NCBI GenBank assembly: GCA_044892525.1 | Contig: CM097886.1 | Location: 40,300,001-40,364,000 of the forward strand | Source of the DNA: Schmidtea polychroa | Lineage: Eukaryota | DNA: 64,000 nt | Direction of reading: 5' to 3' | Part shown: positions 14,690 to 27,747 of the stretch, piece after piece | Layout: each line of letters starts with the position of its first letter | Position numbering within the stretch: position 1 is the first letter of the stretch | Translations under genes and position numbers: made by a program | The notes under the pieces: generated by a model | Told to the model about the DNA's origin: nothing | The model's database searches: none | The model's input: the letters and a program-made list of their open reading frames with translations, nothing else

Positions 14690-17600
14690 GGTGGCCCAAA
14701 AAATTGAAAGTTAAAAACTAACAACTCTCACCCTTCCAAGTTGTTCCAATTGCTATAAAAATAATTAGTGCAAAATATTTCTGCAATTTGACAATATTTA
14801 AAGGTGGCCCACTGGTGATGAAGTTTTGACATGGTGTTTCTTTTGCCGGTAATTCAGGGCGAGTTATTGGTTTGTTATATAGCAGTGACTGAGAGAGTAT
14901 GGATGATTAACCTATTTAAGTGTTACTTATTTATTGGTATTTTATTGAATTTATTAGACATTCTTTGCTAATTCTCTTCTGTTTATGTTTATATTTGTTT
15001 TTCATTTTTGAGACAAAAAGTCAGCTATTACTCACCAGTCGAGATGTAATTATGCAATCTTTGTTCTCTTCATGTATTAATAGTCAGTATTTTACTTTGC
15101 TGAATTACATGCAAAAACACATCGTTGTTGAATGCATTTTACAATGTTAAATGTACTCTTGTACTATACAGCAAATTTAAAATTTTTCAGTTCATTCAAT
15201 TATGCCTAGTGTTTTGCTTAACCTAATCGTCTCCACTCTCCATGTTATTGTGTTTCAGATTTAACAGAATGGAAACAAGATCTAATGATTATGTTTACTT
15301 GATTAAATCATATGTTCCTGAAATTCTTGGTGCAAAGCTGCCATCGTATTATCAGACATTTGGGTACTTTCTACACCTACATAAAGTAGAAAAAATGACT
15401 CTTCGCGAAGCCAGTAAACTGACAATCAACGTGATAATGGAGTTCTGGAAAAAAGCAAGCATTCCAACAAGAGCAGAACAGCACTGCATTCAGAAGCTTG
15501 AATCAGTCTTTTATGAATGGAAGGGTCTCCAAAAACACAAGTCGAGGTCTGGTGAAGCTCACAAAAAACAGGAGCATGAATTTGTTTCTCATCTTGAAGA
15601 TCTGTTCGACATAGCCCATCAGGATGCACTAACTATCATTACCAACCCAGAAGACAGGGCATTCCTGTTACGCCAGAGAGAAAAAGGGCGTCCAGGATCC
15701 ATTGGTGTCCGGGATAAAGTTACTGAACGTAAAGCTAGAGCAGCTGGTGAACGCAAACAAGCTGAAGCAAGGCGGCGGCAAAGGTCAGTAGATGAAATGA
15801 ATATCAGTGCTTGTTTGACAACTCTCGAATCATCATCTGGTGAAGACAGTGACCATGACCAAGAGCAGATTGTCTTGTGTGATGATGAATATAAACCTGT
15901 TGCATCCTCATCAACAGATCCTGCTGACTGTATCACAAAGCCAGTGCCAAAGAAAGCTAAGACTGATGTATTGACTCCTGGGCTAATGGCAGCTCTGGAC
16001 AGAACACAGACATCCTCCAGAAATGCTGTTTATGTGTTGTGTGAAACAGCATCCAGCCTTGGTCACAATGTTGATTCCCTCAACATCAGCAGGAACTCAA
16101 TCCGCCGAGCCAGGTGTAAAGCTAGAACAATTGCAGCATCACAGCTGAAATCAGAATTTCTATCTGTAAACCATCTGACTGTCCACTGGGATGGAAAGTT
16201 ATTGGAAGATTTGACAACTAGAGAACACGTCGACAGGTTACCAATTCTCATCTCAGGTGTTGGTTGTGAACAGCTGCTTGCAGTTCCAAAACTGTCATCT
16301 GGAACTGGTGAATCCCAAGCTACTGCCGTGGTCAACGAGATAAAGCAATGGGGCATCGAAAAGCAGGTTGTGGCTTTGTGTTTTGACACAACAAGTTCAA
16401 ACACTGGTGATAACCAAGGTGCTTGTGTCTTAATTCAACAGATTTTGGCCAAAGATCTCCTATACTTGGCCTGTCGTCATCACATCATGGAACTTATTGT
16501 CGGTGCAGCATTTGACCAAATGCTACGAGGTTCATCAAGCCCTGACATCAATCTTCAAAAGATTCAAGGAGCACTGGAAATTCATAGATCGTGACAACTA
16601 CCCGCCGGCAGAAACGGATCCATTCATCGACAATCTCATTGCTAACAGTCGAAATGAATTATTGGAATTTGCTCGTCTTCTGCAGTTACAGACGTCATTT
16701 ATGTCAAAAGATCCATCAGAATGGGATGAGGATGAAACATACCAATGTGCACTGAGAACTATTAAAGGATTGGCTATTGTGAATGACAGAGCTGAGAGAG
16801 TGGTAGCCCTCATTCAGGACTACAATAAAAAGCTAACCAAGGATGAGGAACAGCTTCAATTCATGTTGCATGTCGTTAGCGAACATCGCCGGCTGTTTCC
16901 AGACTGCAGCAATTTCGGTCTCATGATGGCCATGTCATCTACGCCAACGACACCTTAACTATCAAACTCAGACTGATCTTAATTAGTAGTTACGACTAAA
17001 AACTGTGTTCAATCACCATGTTTTCAGTTTCCATGTTCCATGCACTGTTGTTATTTTACCCTAATGTGTACTGACTGTGTGACTGATAGTAATGTTCGAC
17101 TTTTGAGTTTGTCGACTTTGACTGGCTAGTGACTATAGGCCAAGTGATAAACTAAACTAGTAAACTGCTTCGGTTGTTAGGTGTGTTTATTGTCAAATAT
17201 GTCTCTGTTTTCACTACAGTTAATGTTGTAATAAAAATTAGATAATTTTGCTGCTCATAATTTCGTCAAACACAGTACAAGTAGCAAAAACGTATAAAAA
17301 CCACTTTAAAATATTTGTACTTCAAACTTCTAGATTGTTGGGCCACCTCTAAATGTCGAGAAATTTCAGAAAATATTTCACAGAAAATTTTCTTTTCAAC
17401 ATTGGAACAAGTTGGAAGGGTGAGGTGAAGTTTAAAACTTTTATTTTTTTGCTATNNNNNNNNNNNNNNNNNNNNNNNNNNNNNNNNNNNNNNNNNNNNN
17501 NNNNNNNNNNNNNNNNNNNNNNNNNNNNNNNNNNNNNNNNNNNNNNNNNNNNNNNNNNNNNNNNNNNNNNNNNNNNNNNNNNNNNNNNNNNNNNNNNNNN

Positions 17601-20600
17601 NNNNNNNNNNNNNNNNNNNNNNNTCTTCGTTTCGAATTACTCACCACGTTGTTTCAAATCCTTTAAGTTCTTCCTAATTTACTTACATAAAAAAATTACA
17701 TTCAGTTTTGTTATTTTTGCTAGGTGTAAAAATATAAAATTTCTTCAAATTTTAAAATTTGCAATTTGAAATTAACTTTATTCCTCTGACGTTTAAACTA
17801 ATAATACTTAAATTAGTAACATTTGGCATGGCTCTTAATCATGCACTGAAAGCATCAAGGAAAGATGGGTATCTTCTTCGAGAATATATTTTAGAAGGAA
17901 TTGATCCTACAATTAATGTTGTTCTGTTAGAAGATATGGCAGCACTAGCTGGAGTTTTTGTCGCCGGTAGTGCCATGGGACTTTCTTATATATTTCATTC
18001 CACAATCCCAGATATAATTGGTTCATTAGTAGTCAGTGGGATATTAGCCGGAGTGGCTGGTTTTATTGTCTGGACTAATACAGAAACATTGCTTGGAAGG
18101 TATTTTTGAAATCTTTCAATATCTTGAATTTTTTATTTGTTAGATCTATTCCTAATTATCAACGAGATGCGATTATGAAGATTTTTGACAAAGAAAAAAT
18201 AATACGGTACTTTTTAAAATTTTAATTAATATACATTACCGACAAATTAAAATATATGCTCAAATTTGCACTGGATTACCCCGACGAGAAGGGCTTTGAG
18301 ACTTACCTACTACATCTATATCCATCCTTATTAGTTTTTGAGTCATTAATAATTAATCATTGACGATAAGAAAACTTCCGGATCTTGTTTCTATTAGAGG
18401 ACATTTCTATGTTCAATTTTTGCTTCAAGATTGTGAATCGATAAAAAAACAATAAAAAATTATAATTTGTATTGATTGACTTTAAAATAATGTACATGAC
18501 GAAATTAAATAATTTAATTATATAATCTATTTTATTTATATTTATTTAATATTTATAGAGGAACTTATGATATTAAGGCAACTACAATGGGAGGTGATTA
18601 TATTAAATTTAAAGCCGAAGTGGATATCGATGGCAGAGAATTAACTAAACGTTATCTTGAAACTGTACCTTTAGATAAAATTTTAAAAGTTTGTTTTTGA
18701 TTTATAACAATATTTATTTTACATAGTTTTTTTACTAAAATATTACATCTTTATTTTATTTGTAACGTTGAAAATTTTAGTGATAATTTTATTCTCGAAG
18801 TATTTTCAACTTGAACTGTTTTTATAATTTATTTAGTAAAATTTCAATTAATATAAAAGTATAATATAACATTTTACTAAAGCCTGTAGAATTAGCTGTT
18901 ACTTCTATGGAGGAAAATTATATGATTATGTCGCTAATATTTCGTAAGGTTTTCTAATAGGGTTCTGTTAGAATGTACTTTTTAAGATAAATCTTTCAGA
19001 TATAATATAGTAAAGTATAATAATATTAAAAATTGGATATTGTAAAATTAATGAGTGGAATTAATAACGTTCATAAAATCTGGTTACAATAAAATATAAA
19101 TTTCTGACAAGTCAATTTATTATAGTTGACAAATAATCAATAATTTTTTGGTATTTATAATGAAATGTACCAAAAATATTGAAAGTTAAAATTTGTAAAT
19201 CTTACAATTATTTACATGGCATGCAAATTAAAAATTGTTAAATCAATCAATATTAAATGATTATTTGAAATTATTATTAGATTGTAAATTGTTGTTAGAA
19301 ATAGAATTAGAATATTTTTAATAACATTTAATTTAAAATTACTCAATTGCGCCTATCGTTGTTTATTTTCTTATAAAATATAATTTTCTTTATCAAGATT
19401 TATTTATTTTTTTTCATATTTAACACAGACACCGCCAGGATAATGAAATGAGACACATTTTTCACAAATCACGATTTACATTTTAATAACTTATCGAAAC
19501 ATACTGAGATTTTGATTAAAAATAGCATAAAATAAAATTTATAAAAAATTGGGGAAAATATGAATATTTTCAAGGGAAATGGTTATGATCCTATCACGAA
19601 TTCTCAAATATCATATCGAACCATATATAAAAGTATTTTTAAGACTGTTAATAATAACCACTTAATAATCTAAAAATATTTATTTTAATACAAATTATTG
19701 CCTAAATCTGGTATTATTAAAATACCCGATTTAAATGGCGAAATAATTAATTAAATAATAATGCGTGTCAGAATTTATACTTATCATACTTTTACTATAT
19801 AATAGTATTTGATACTTATAATAAGTGGTGAGCTATGCATGTTGTTCTTTCAATTGTGATTTTGCGCTTCACTTTAAATTAAAATTTCTATTGTTTTGGT
19901 AGTAAACATTTTTAAAACAATTTTACCGCATTTGTATATAAAAAAAAAATTTTCTGGACGCTTTTATATTTTACTAAAAAAGCATTTTTTTCTGGACGAA
20001 AAACACCTAAATTTTCTTTTGCGAGCCCTTTGTTGTTTTTTTCACAGCTCACCACTGCTTATAATACAATATATATATATATATATATATATTTTATTTA
20101 TAAATTAATTATTTAAATATTTTCGTACATTAAATAATTATTGTTGGGGGATAATAAATTTATTTCGTATTTTATAATAAATTTATTGGTTTAATTATAT
20201 TCTATTTATATTTTATTTTAATTATCCAAAAACTATATTTCCTATTTTTTAAATTCTGTAATTTAATTAAATTTTTAATTTTTTTAATAAAAAAAATTTT
20301 TTATATTTTAAATATTTTTTTTAATTTTAAATTTTAAATCTAATTAAATATTAATTTAAGTATTAATTTAGTTGAATGTTGATGGACGGTTTAAATTTTT
20401 TGATATAAAGAGTCTCAGCGGCTAATCTTTGCAATGAGTTTTTGAACGCATCTTGTAACATTTTGCATTTTGTTTCGTGTAACAGTGGTGCTGATTTGTG
20501 CACTTTTTTCCAATGTTCGTGATAATTGCTGGTTTTGCTCTTGATGTGTTCGTTGAGTCTTGTTTGGAACTACTACTACAGGTTATATATGACTCATGAT

Positions 20601-22517
20601 TTATCATCAGTTATTTTCATTCAATTTATGAATGTTTTTTGGATTATTAACAATTTATAGTTTTAGTATTTTTAACTTAAATTACCCTTTCTGGAATCCT
20701 ATAATAAATTGACAGATGTAACTGATAATTAATGTAGTTAGTTCTTTGAATAAGTGTGGTAAGACAATTCTATTACTTTGCTTAGAGTCTCAAATTATAA
20801 TATTATTACTAAAACTCGCCCATGAAATGTTTTAAAGAGAAAATTTTAAAACAATACATAGTAATTATGAAATTAATTATCCGCAGAAAGTGACTTACGA
20901 AATGCTAAAAATAAAGAACCGAAGGTGTGCTTAACAGCACAAAACTTTAATATTACTAAAGAAACTTTAAAATCAAAAGCTTCGAAATCAAACTTTATTA
21001 AAAAATTCTGTTTCAACTAATTTTTATGGAAATTATATATATATATCAAAAGAAATTAAAAACTTTGGTGTAATTTTATTCATTTTCCATTCGACAGCAA
21101 TATTAAAGCAGAAACAATTGCTGAAAATTATTTCAAATATTATTTACACTTGAAATAAAATTCATTACTTAAAAATGATATTTATATTAAAGCAAAGGCT
21201 TCTGAAAAAAAAATTTAGAAATATTCATCACAAGATAAGTATCCCAATTTGAATCAGACTCACAATCTGTTTTTGATTCAACATTTATGCGAATCGGTAT
21301 TTTCGCAACACGATATGCTTCACTAATTTAACATTTAAAATCCTGCTTAAAATTATAGATACGATGCAATGTGGAACAAATAATGCAGGAAGCTCATTAC
21401 ATATTATCCCATAATTCAACTTTACTCCTTATCAATTTATTTTTCCTTCCATTATTGACTCATTATTTCTTTTAACATAACCAATTTTATTAGAATAATC
21501 AATGCAAATATATTCGTTTAATTGCAAATAATAGAAACTGAGAACATTTGAGCTTGATGTGGTAAAGATCCTAACTAAAATGAAATACGATCGACATAAA
21601 ACTTAATACACGTTACTAAATGACTGTTGAAAACGAATATGGATCTTAGGTACTTACAAAAAATTCCACTGAAAATTTTAAAACTTAAATATGTGAAAAA
21701 TATGTTCCAACAAAATTATATATAATAAAATTCTAACATTCAATTTCATTAAGAATTGACATAAGTTAAAACATGCTTAATTTCATTATGAAAAATATAT
21801 CATATTTTCTAAGAATTTATAGGAAATTTTTACCAGAAACTACTTAAAAATTACAATTATTTAAAACCTTTTCACTCATCCTGGCTAAAATTCTTGCCAT
21901 TTTTTTTGCCTAACGCCATTAAATGCAAGGTTTGCCACATTCTTAAAAACTGTTTCTACTGATCTTACGACAATAAAATCAACAACTATTGAAAGTTTTC
22001 CCACATAGATTCATGAAACTTTACAAAATTCTCTAAATCAAATATGAGTGGAAGAAACAAACATTGGAAAATTAATGTGAGTGGAAAGGTTTAAAACGTT
22101 ATATTTCTACATATTTAAACAAAAATAAATTGCTTTTTAGAGTTTAATTTATTATGAGATCAAATTTAATAATAAATGAACTCTACATAAAATAATATAA
22201 ATCTTTGCTGATTCGCGATTGATAGGGGGTGTAATTTAATATCAATTGCTAGTTCGATTTTTGTCAACTTCAGATTTTCCAATTTATTTTCTACACATAA
22301 TTTTTTTAATATAAAGGAATGTCAGTCCATTGAAACAAAAGAAGAATTGATTCATTTTTTATTAAATCACGGAGAGAATGTTGTACAAATTCTTGGCGCA
22401 GAAGTCAACAAAATCGAAGATAATATAAAAGTATTATTAATTTTATTTAAATTTTGTTTTTATAATTTTTAGAAAAATTTCCCTTCGGTCAAGCATATTG
22501 ATATTGAAATTAATTAA
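6604..22517 (+). CDS. SLC30A9: Mitochondrial zinc transporter ZnT9, 17 exons: 6604-6700, 6747-6788, 6846-6884, 6924-7026, 7068-7160, 7204-7286, 7332-7390, 7431-7498, 8210-8312, 8358-8413, 9054-9189, 13629-13668, 17817-18099, 18144-18206, 18559-18688, 22317-22430, 22473-22517
   Basis: GT-AG splicing gives one open frame with motifs DLENIPKYYSRSPY...RSDVE, WMTGSKSIFSETLHSLADTINQ, HPYGY, SLISGVGIFCLGAG, DPTINVVLLEDMAA, DIKATTMG..IKFKAEVDIDG, HGENVVQILGAEV, KHIDIEIN*. Confidence 0.93.
8440..8945. repeat. Degenerate, almost pure A/T tandem array in an SLC30A9 intron
   Basis: Recurrent units such as taataataattaaataataaatttttaataaaataattaaaataatac. Confidence 0.75.
10474..10676. mobile_element. 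Terminal fragment of a Tip100-like hAT element
   Basis: Repeated subterminal motif (C/G)GCCTAGGGCGC; ends in GAGCCGCCCCT (revcomp AGGGGCGGCTC) next to a TA run; the other end was not found. Confidence 0.4.
11142..11790. mobile_element. pogo/Tigger-type MITE
   Basis: TIR CAGGAATACCTCG / CGAGGTATTCCTG flanked by TA on both sides; subterminal AGTACGG repeats. Confidence 0.85.
14687..17455 (+). mobile_element. hATm-type DNA transposon, defective; right terminus runs into the N-gap
   Basis: Starts TAGGGTGGCCCAAA directly after a (TA)n run; ~140-bp imperfect TIR (14687-14830 vs ~17315-17455); encodes a hAT-superfamily transposase. The hATm assignment rests on recalled TAGGGTG termini. Confidence 0.7.
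15242..16958 (+). pseudogene. hATm-like transposase with a frameshift (~16555) and an internal deletion (~16675)
   Basis: Motifs VHWDGKLL, CFDTTSSNTG, LACRHHIMEL (CxxH) and NDRAERVVALIQDYN; two overlapping ORFs; the segment expected between ELLEFAR and the C-terminal DPSEW region is missing. Confidence 0.8.
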
Positions 22518-24216
22518 TTATGTAAATGTTTTATTTATATTTGAGATTATTTGTGGTAGTTGCATTACTGTTTCCTGCATAAAATATGAAATATAAATAA
22601 AAGGTTGGGAAGTTTGATTTTTATTGATATTATTATAAGTGTAACTGTTAAATGTGTGTTGAAGAATAAAGATTATAATTATCAATTGTAATAATCAATT
22701 CGCTTAAATATTGTGCTTTAATCATTAGAATATTTTATATCTGTTGAATAAGTTTTTTTATTTGCATCCGCAAATGAATCAAGGTAATACCGTAGTTGTA
22801 ACGCCATATTTCCTGTTGTCCCTATCATCATTATGTTAGTGATATCTAGTCATGCGTGTTAACTTGATTTCTCAATCCACTAAGCAATTTATCAAAGTAT
22901 TCATTAAATACTTTGGTGCATTAAAGTAGATTAACAGTGTACACCAAACACCACTGAGATATATACACAGTGTAAAGCCATTCACTCACCAATTACAATG
23001 ATAAAATCACCAATTAATCATTATCAATTTCTCATCATAAATGTATTTTAGCCATTTTACAATTGGCCGCTAGGGTAAGATGTTTAATTTTAAGTATATT
23101 TTAAGGCTTGAATTTTGATCCATATAGATATGATATCATTATTCAAGTTCTTAAATATTACTTTTAATCTATAGTATAATCATAAATTATTTTTAATTAA
23201 TTTTCAGGGATTTTGGGATTTTATGACATTTATTTTTAAGTATTTTGGAATTATTTCGAAAAAATGTGAGTTAGGTATGATTATAAATCAATCAATCACC
23301 AAAAATATGTATTTTTCTAAAGAAATTTGGGAAAAATCGCCAAATATGAATAAAATAATTTTTTTTCGGAGCCCAATTTGAAGGGCTTCTTTCAGGAAAT
23401 CAAATCTGGATTGAAAAGACATAGAACCGAATTCATCTGCTTTTATATTTTCATTAAAAATATATTTAAAAATTCTCAACGGCCTTTTTTTCTAAAAATT
23501 GTCTAAAATAAAGTTAATATAGAAACATATCTCAGCGGTGCATTTCTACGAAATTAAAGTTTGTATGTTTTTTAGTATGTCTAGTTTTTAATTTGTCTTC
23601 CACTTTTCAGATTTCTATAGCATAAGATGTACCTCACTGAGCTATAAATGAGAACATCAACGTAAGTATGTATGTTTCTATAATGTAAGATTATTGATTA
23701 TTTTGTTATAGGAAACGGTTCTCAGTGGTGTTTGGTGTATATTAAATATTAAAATTAACAAAATCAGTATACGAATGTAAATAAGCGTCATAAAATTTAG
23801 AAACAAGACGCAGATAGAATTGGCTAACCAAATCTCAAAGTTGAACAAATTGCTAAAATCAAAGGAATAACGATTACAGAAGTATAGTGATAACAAAGTA
23901 TATTAAGATGAGTGGTTTTACAAATATCATAAGTTTTAAAAAGAAAAATATTATTATAACTAGAGAGCTTCAACAAAAAGTCTTTAATTTGAGCTGTGTA
24001 TTACAAAATTCAAATATCAACATGAGTATGAAGTGAGAATGTGTAATTCAGGGTTTCTCAGAGTGTGCCCCGCGGATCTGATAATCAAATTTGAAATAAA
24101 AATTATAAAGTTACATCACTTCAAAATTAAATTATAATTTTAAAAAAATACAAATTACTTTTAAATTGCTTGAACTACAAATAATTTCATTCATTGTTTT
24201 TATTTATAAATTTGTG

Positions 24217-24250
<34 letters not shown>

Positions 24251-24347
24251 AAAAATAAACTACACTTTGGAATTAGGCATCATCAATTGGTACATAAACA
24301 ATCGCGATCCACTGGGGTTCCGTAAAAATTTTTTATGACTTCGGAGG

Positions 24348-27300
24348 CAATGGCGTAGCAATAGGTTGTGCACGGCACAAGGACCCAGGACGAAAAATTA
24401 GTAAAATTTATACGTTCGAGCATTATAAATTCCCCGATTGTCATTAAACCAAGCATCGCTTTGGCGTTTGTTTTGTTTTTTTTAAGACAGCAACCACAGT
24501 TTGGACGGTTTATACATTTAATATTATTAGGAATCTATATTGGATATAGTTGTAAACCACATATGTCACACCCATTCATCTATTATTTTATTTGCTTTAC
24601 TTGACGTTGGTTTTTTTTATGTGATGAGGACTTGTTTATTAATAAAACGTCAAAAACAAGTTACTTGCCTACTCGATTCAAAATGGCGGTATAGCAGAGG
24701 TCATAGAGTTTTGTTGATATTTACTATGCGGTAAAAAGGATAAAAATAATATTGCTTATTGTATATCAATTTACAATAATTGTATAATTAGTTGGATATT
24801 ATATAATTGCATTAGCTGCACACCCTTAACTATGTCTAAGTCATATTTAAGTGGGGCTGCTAAGCGACGAGCACGTGAGGAACGAGAACAGAAGGCCGCT
24901 AAAATGCCGAAAATTTACGAATTTCTAAAGCCCGTGGATATTAAACCGATATCGAAGACTACTTCAGATATGGTGAGATGGATGTGGCTATAGATGTCGC
25001 CACTGAGCAGAATGACACTGTGGAATCTACGGCGGATGATCAAATATTGACACCAGATTTAGGAAACAGCGCCGACGATGAGAAATATGGCCCTTCAATT
25101 ACTTCAGCTTTTACTCAGAGCAATATTGACACTTTTGTGGAGGCACGAACTGCTTTAAAACATCTCACTGACAAAGCAAATTTAGGAGAGCATTTGTCAA
25201 ATGAACAGAAACGGCTGATAATTTCCTTTGGTCCATGTCAACCTCTTGGTCCGTTTCCACGAGATCTCGGCCAGAAAGGAAGATGCTTCTCCGAATCGTT
25301 TTACAATAAAATCAATAAAGCAGGCGTAAAACTAAAACGAACTACTCTAGCTTATTCGCCTAGTGGCGACTGCGTATATTGCCACGCATGTTGGCTGTTT
25401 TCGAAAAATCGTGATGCGTCTTGGGTAAGAGGATTCCGTGACTGGGGTCATCTGACATAAGTGCTGGATATTCATGAAAAATCCGTCGACCACATACAAT
25501 GTTGCATGGTTCTTGAACAGTGGCGGATGAACAGTACATTGACAGCGGAAATTGAAGATGGCATAAGGAAGGAAGCAAGCTACTGGAGACAAGTTATTGA
25601 CAGAATAGTAAACGTCACGCTTATGCTGGCTGGGGCGAATTTGGCATTCAGAGGCCACCGGGAAAAAGATGTCGGAACTAACGGGAATGAAAACTGTTGT
25701 AATTTCTTGTATGTTATCAACCTACTTGCAAGGTATGATCCCATCCTTGAAAAATTGTTGAGAATGCCCCAAGGTACTGTGAAGTATCTCAGTCCCACCA
25801 TACAGAATGAAGTGATTACCATGGTAGCTCGATGCATCAAGGAGGACATACTTAAAGACGTTACGTCTGTATTGAAACAGACCAAGCAGGCAAACCGGTG
25901 AAGTTGAAAATTTGTGAGTCATTTATGGGTTTTTTGGTGGTCGATGATACATCTGCTAGCGGTCTGTGTGACACTCTTGTAAATAAATGTATTACAGATA
26001 ATGGTTTGGAACTCACCAAACTGCGCAGTCAAGGCTATGACGGTGCGGCTACTATGAGTGGTATTCATTCGGGAGTTCAGGCGCGCATAGTCGCGAAGCA
26101 GCCGAAAGCTGCTTATGTTCATTGCGCGGCTCACAATTTAAACCTTGTTTTGAATGATGCTGTTTCTGACGTTATTGAAGTCAAGAATTTCTTTGGTGTT
26201 CTCGAACAGATCTACGTTTTCTTTGGTCACAGTATACATCGGTGGTCTATGTTGTCACTAGAATGCGAATCGGGTTCGAAACTTACACCGAAAAGATTGT
26301 GTCCTACCAGATGGTCATCAAGATATGACTGTCTCGTTGTCATGCGATTTCGCTTTGGTGATATTTTGAAAGTCCTCACAAGGATCATTCTGACCAGCAA
26401 GAAGAATGATGAAGTAGCAAATGCACTCATGATCAAAAAGAAGATGGAATGTTTTGAGTTTGTTTTTATTCTTGCAATGATGAATAAGATTTTGGAAGCA
26501 ACCCATGCCACCTCAGAATTACTTCAATCTCCGCAGTGCGACCTGACTAAGGCTAATGATCTGATCAAGACATCACATGAAAAATTAGCGCGCATGCGAA
26601 ATCAGTACGATTCTATTGGCGACACTGCTGCTGGCATGGCCACAGCTTGGAAAATTAAAGATCACTTCGAAGACCGGCGTTTAAAAAATACAAAACGACT
26701 TTATGATGAACAATGTCACGACGATCCACTTGCGTCAATTGAGTAACGTTTCAGATTGAACGTATTTTTGGCTACGGTGGATAAAGCATGCAGACAAATC
26801 AAACTGCGATTTCTTAGCCTCAGTTCACTGGCTGCAACGTTTAGCGCTCTGTTACCCTCTACATTATTGATTGCCTCCGACGATGAACTGTATACAGCGG
26901 CCGAATTATTAGCTAAAGAATACGATACCGATATTTCGCCTTCGTTTCCAGCTCAACTGTTGTCATTTCGCGCAAGCTTTCATTCCAATTTAGCCACCAA
27001 ACCAACCATATTCGAAATTGCCCAACTGCTACTTGTGGATTATTATGCTTTATCATCTGCATTCAGTGATGCCTGCACCGCTTACATGTTGCTGTTGACT
27101 TTGCCTGTGACTGTTGCAAACTGCGAACGATCATTTTCCAAATTAAAGCTCATAAAAAACTATCTAAGAAGTACCATGTCTGAAGGGCGATTAACCGACC
27201 TAGCGATGTTATCGATAGAAAACGAACATGCAAGAAAGCTTGACATTTCAAAAGTGGTCGATATTTTTGCTCAAGAGAAGGCGCGCAAACGGCCATTTTA

Positions 27301-27747
27301 ACTTTTGGGATTTTTAGCCTTTGACAAATCTTAAACTTGAATCGTGTCCAACTAAATTAGGACATATGTTTGATTTGTTCTTTCTTTTTATCATGTGATT
27401 CAATTTTATATTATGGTGAAATAAGCGTATGATCTGAGTTTTTTCTAAGAATTATGTTTCAATAAATTAGTGACAATAACAACAATTATTGTTCATTATA
27501 TCATGATGGTACCTGGCATGTGCCCATTCTATATACAGAGAATACCGAGAAGTAACAAAATATCCTTTCAACCCAACCCGAAACGCTACTATTTCTGTTT
27601 TAAAATGCGCAAATTTACTCAGAGAGTTGCTAATCACCTTCCCCCAAGCCTGCCTATGGTTTGGTTTCTCGGATCACTTCGTTCGACAAATATTTTGTGC
27701 GTCCCAAAATCTGCACAAGGGCCCCAGAAATCCTTGGTACACCACTG
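24348..27747 (+). mobile_element. Tip100/ZMYM1-type hAT transposon, 3.4 kb, defective
   Basis: TIR CAATGGCGTAGCAA / revcomp CAGTGGTGTACCAA; TSD TTCGGAGG / TTTGGAGG; contains a transposase pseudogene. Confidence 0.85.
24832..27301 (+). pseudogene. hAT Tip100-family transposase (TTF-type Zn finger, DDE, C-terminal dimerisation domain)
   Basis: MSKSYLSGAAKRR start; YSPSGDCVYCHACWLF; LAFRGHRE; SQGYDGAATMSG; YVHCAAHNLNL; CPTRWSSR; LPVTVANCERSFSKLKLIKNYLRSTMS. Frameshift ~24970, stops at 25458 and 26744, deletion at ~25858. Confidence 0.9.

Noticed and set aside
20422-20640. Cys-rich minus-strand ORF, with a ~45-bp match to 52281-52325
   Set aside because: Cys spacing fits no domain I recognise; probably a fragment of a dispersed repeat.
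25458-26746. Two in-frame TAA codons at likely Gln positions in the hAT transposase, suggesting a TAA=Gln genetic code
   Set aside because: Host genes (MFSD1, SLC30A9, MRPS2) end at TAA at the expected positions, and no in-frame TAA/TAG occurs in their exons. These are ordinary C-to-T decay.
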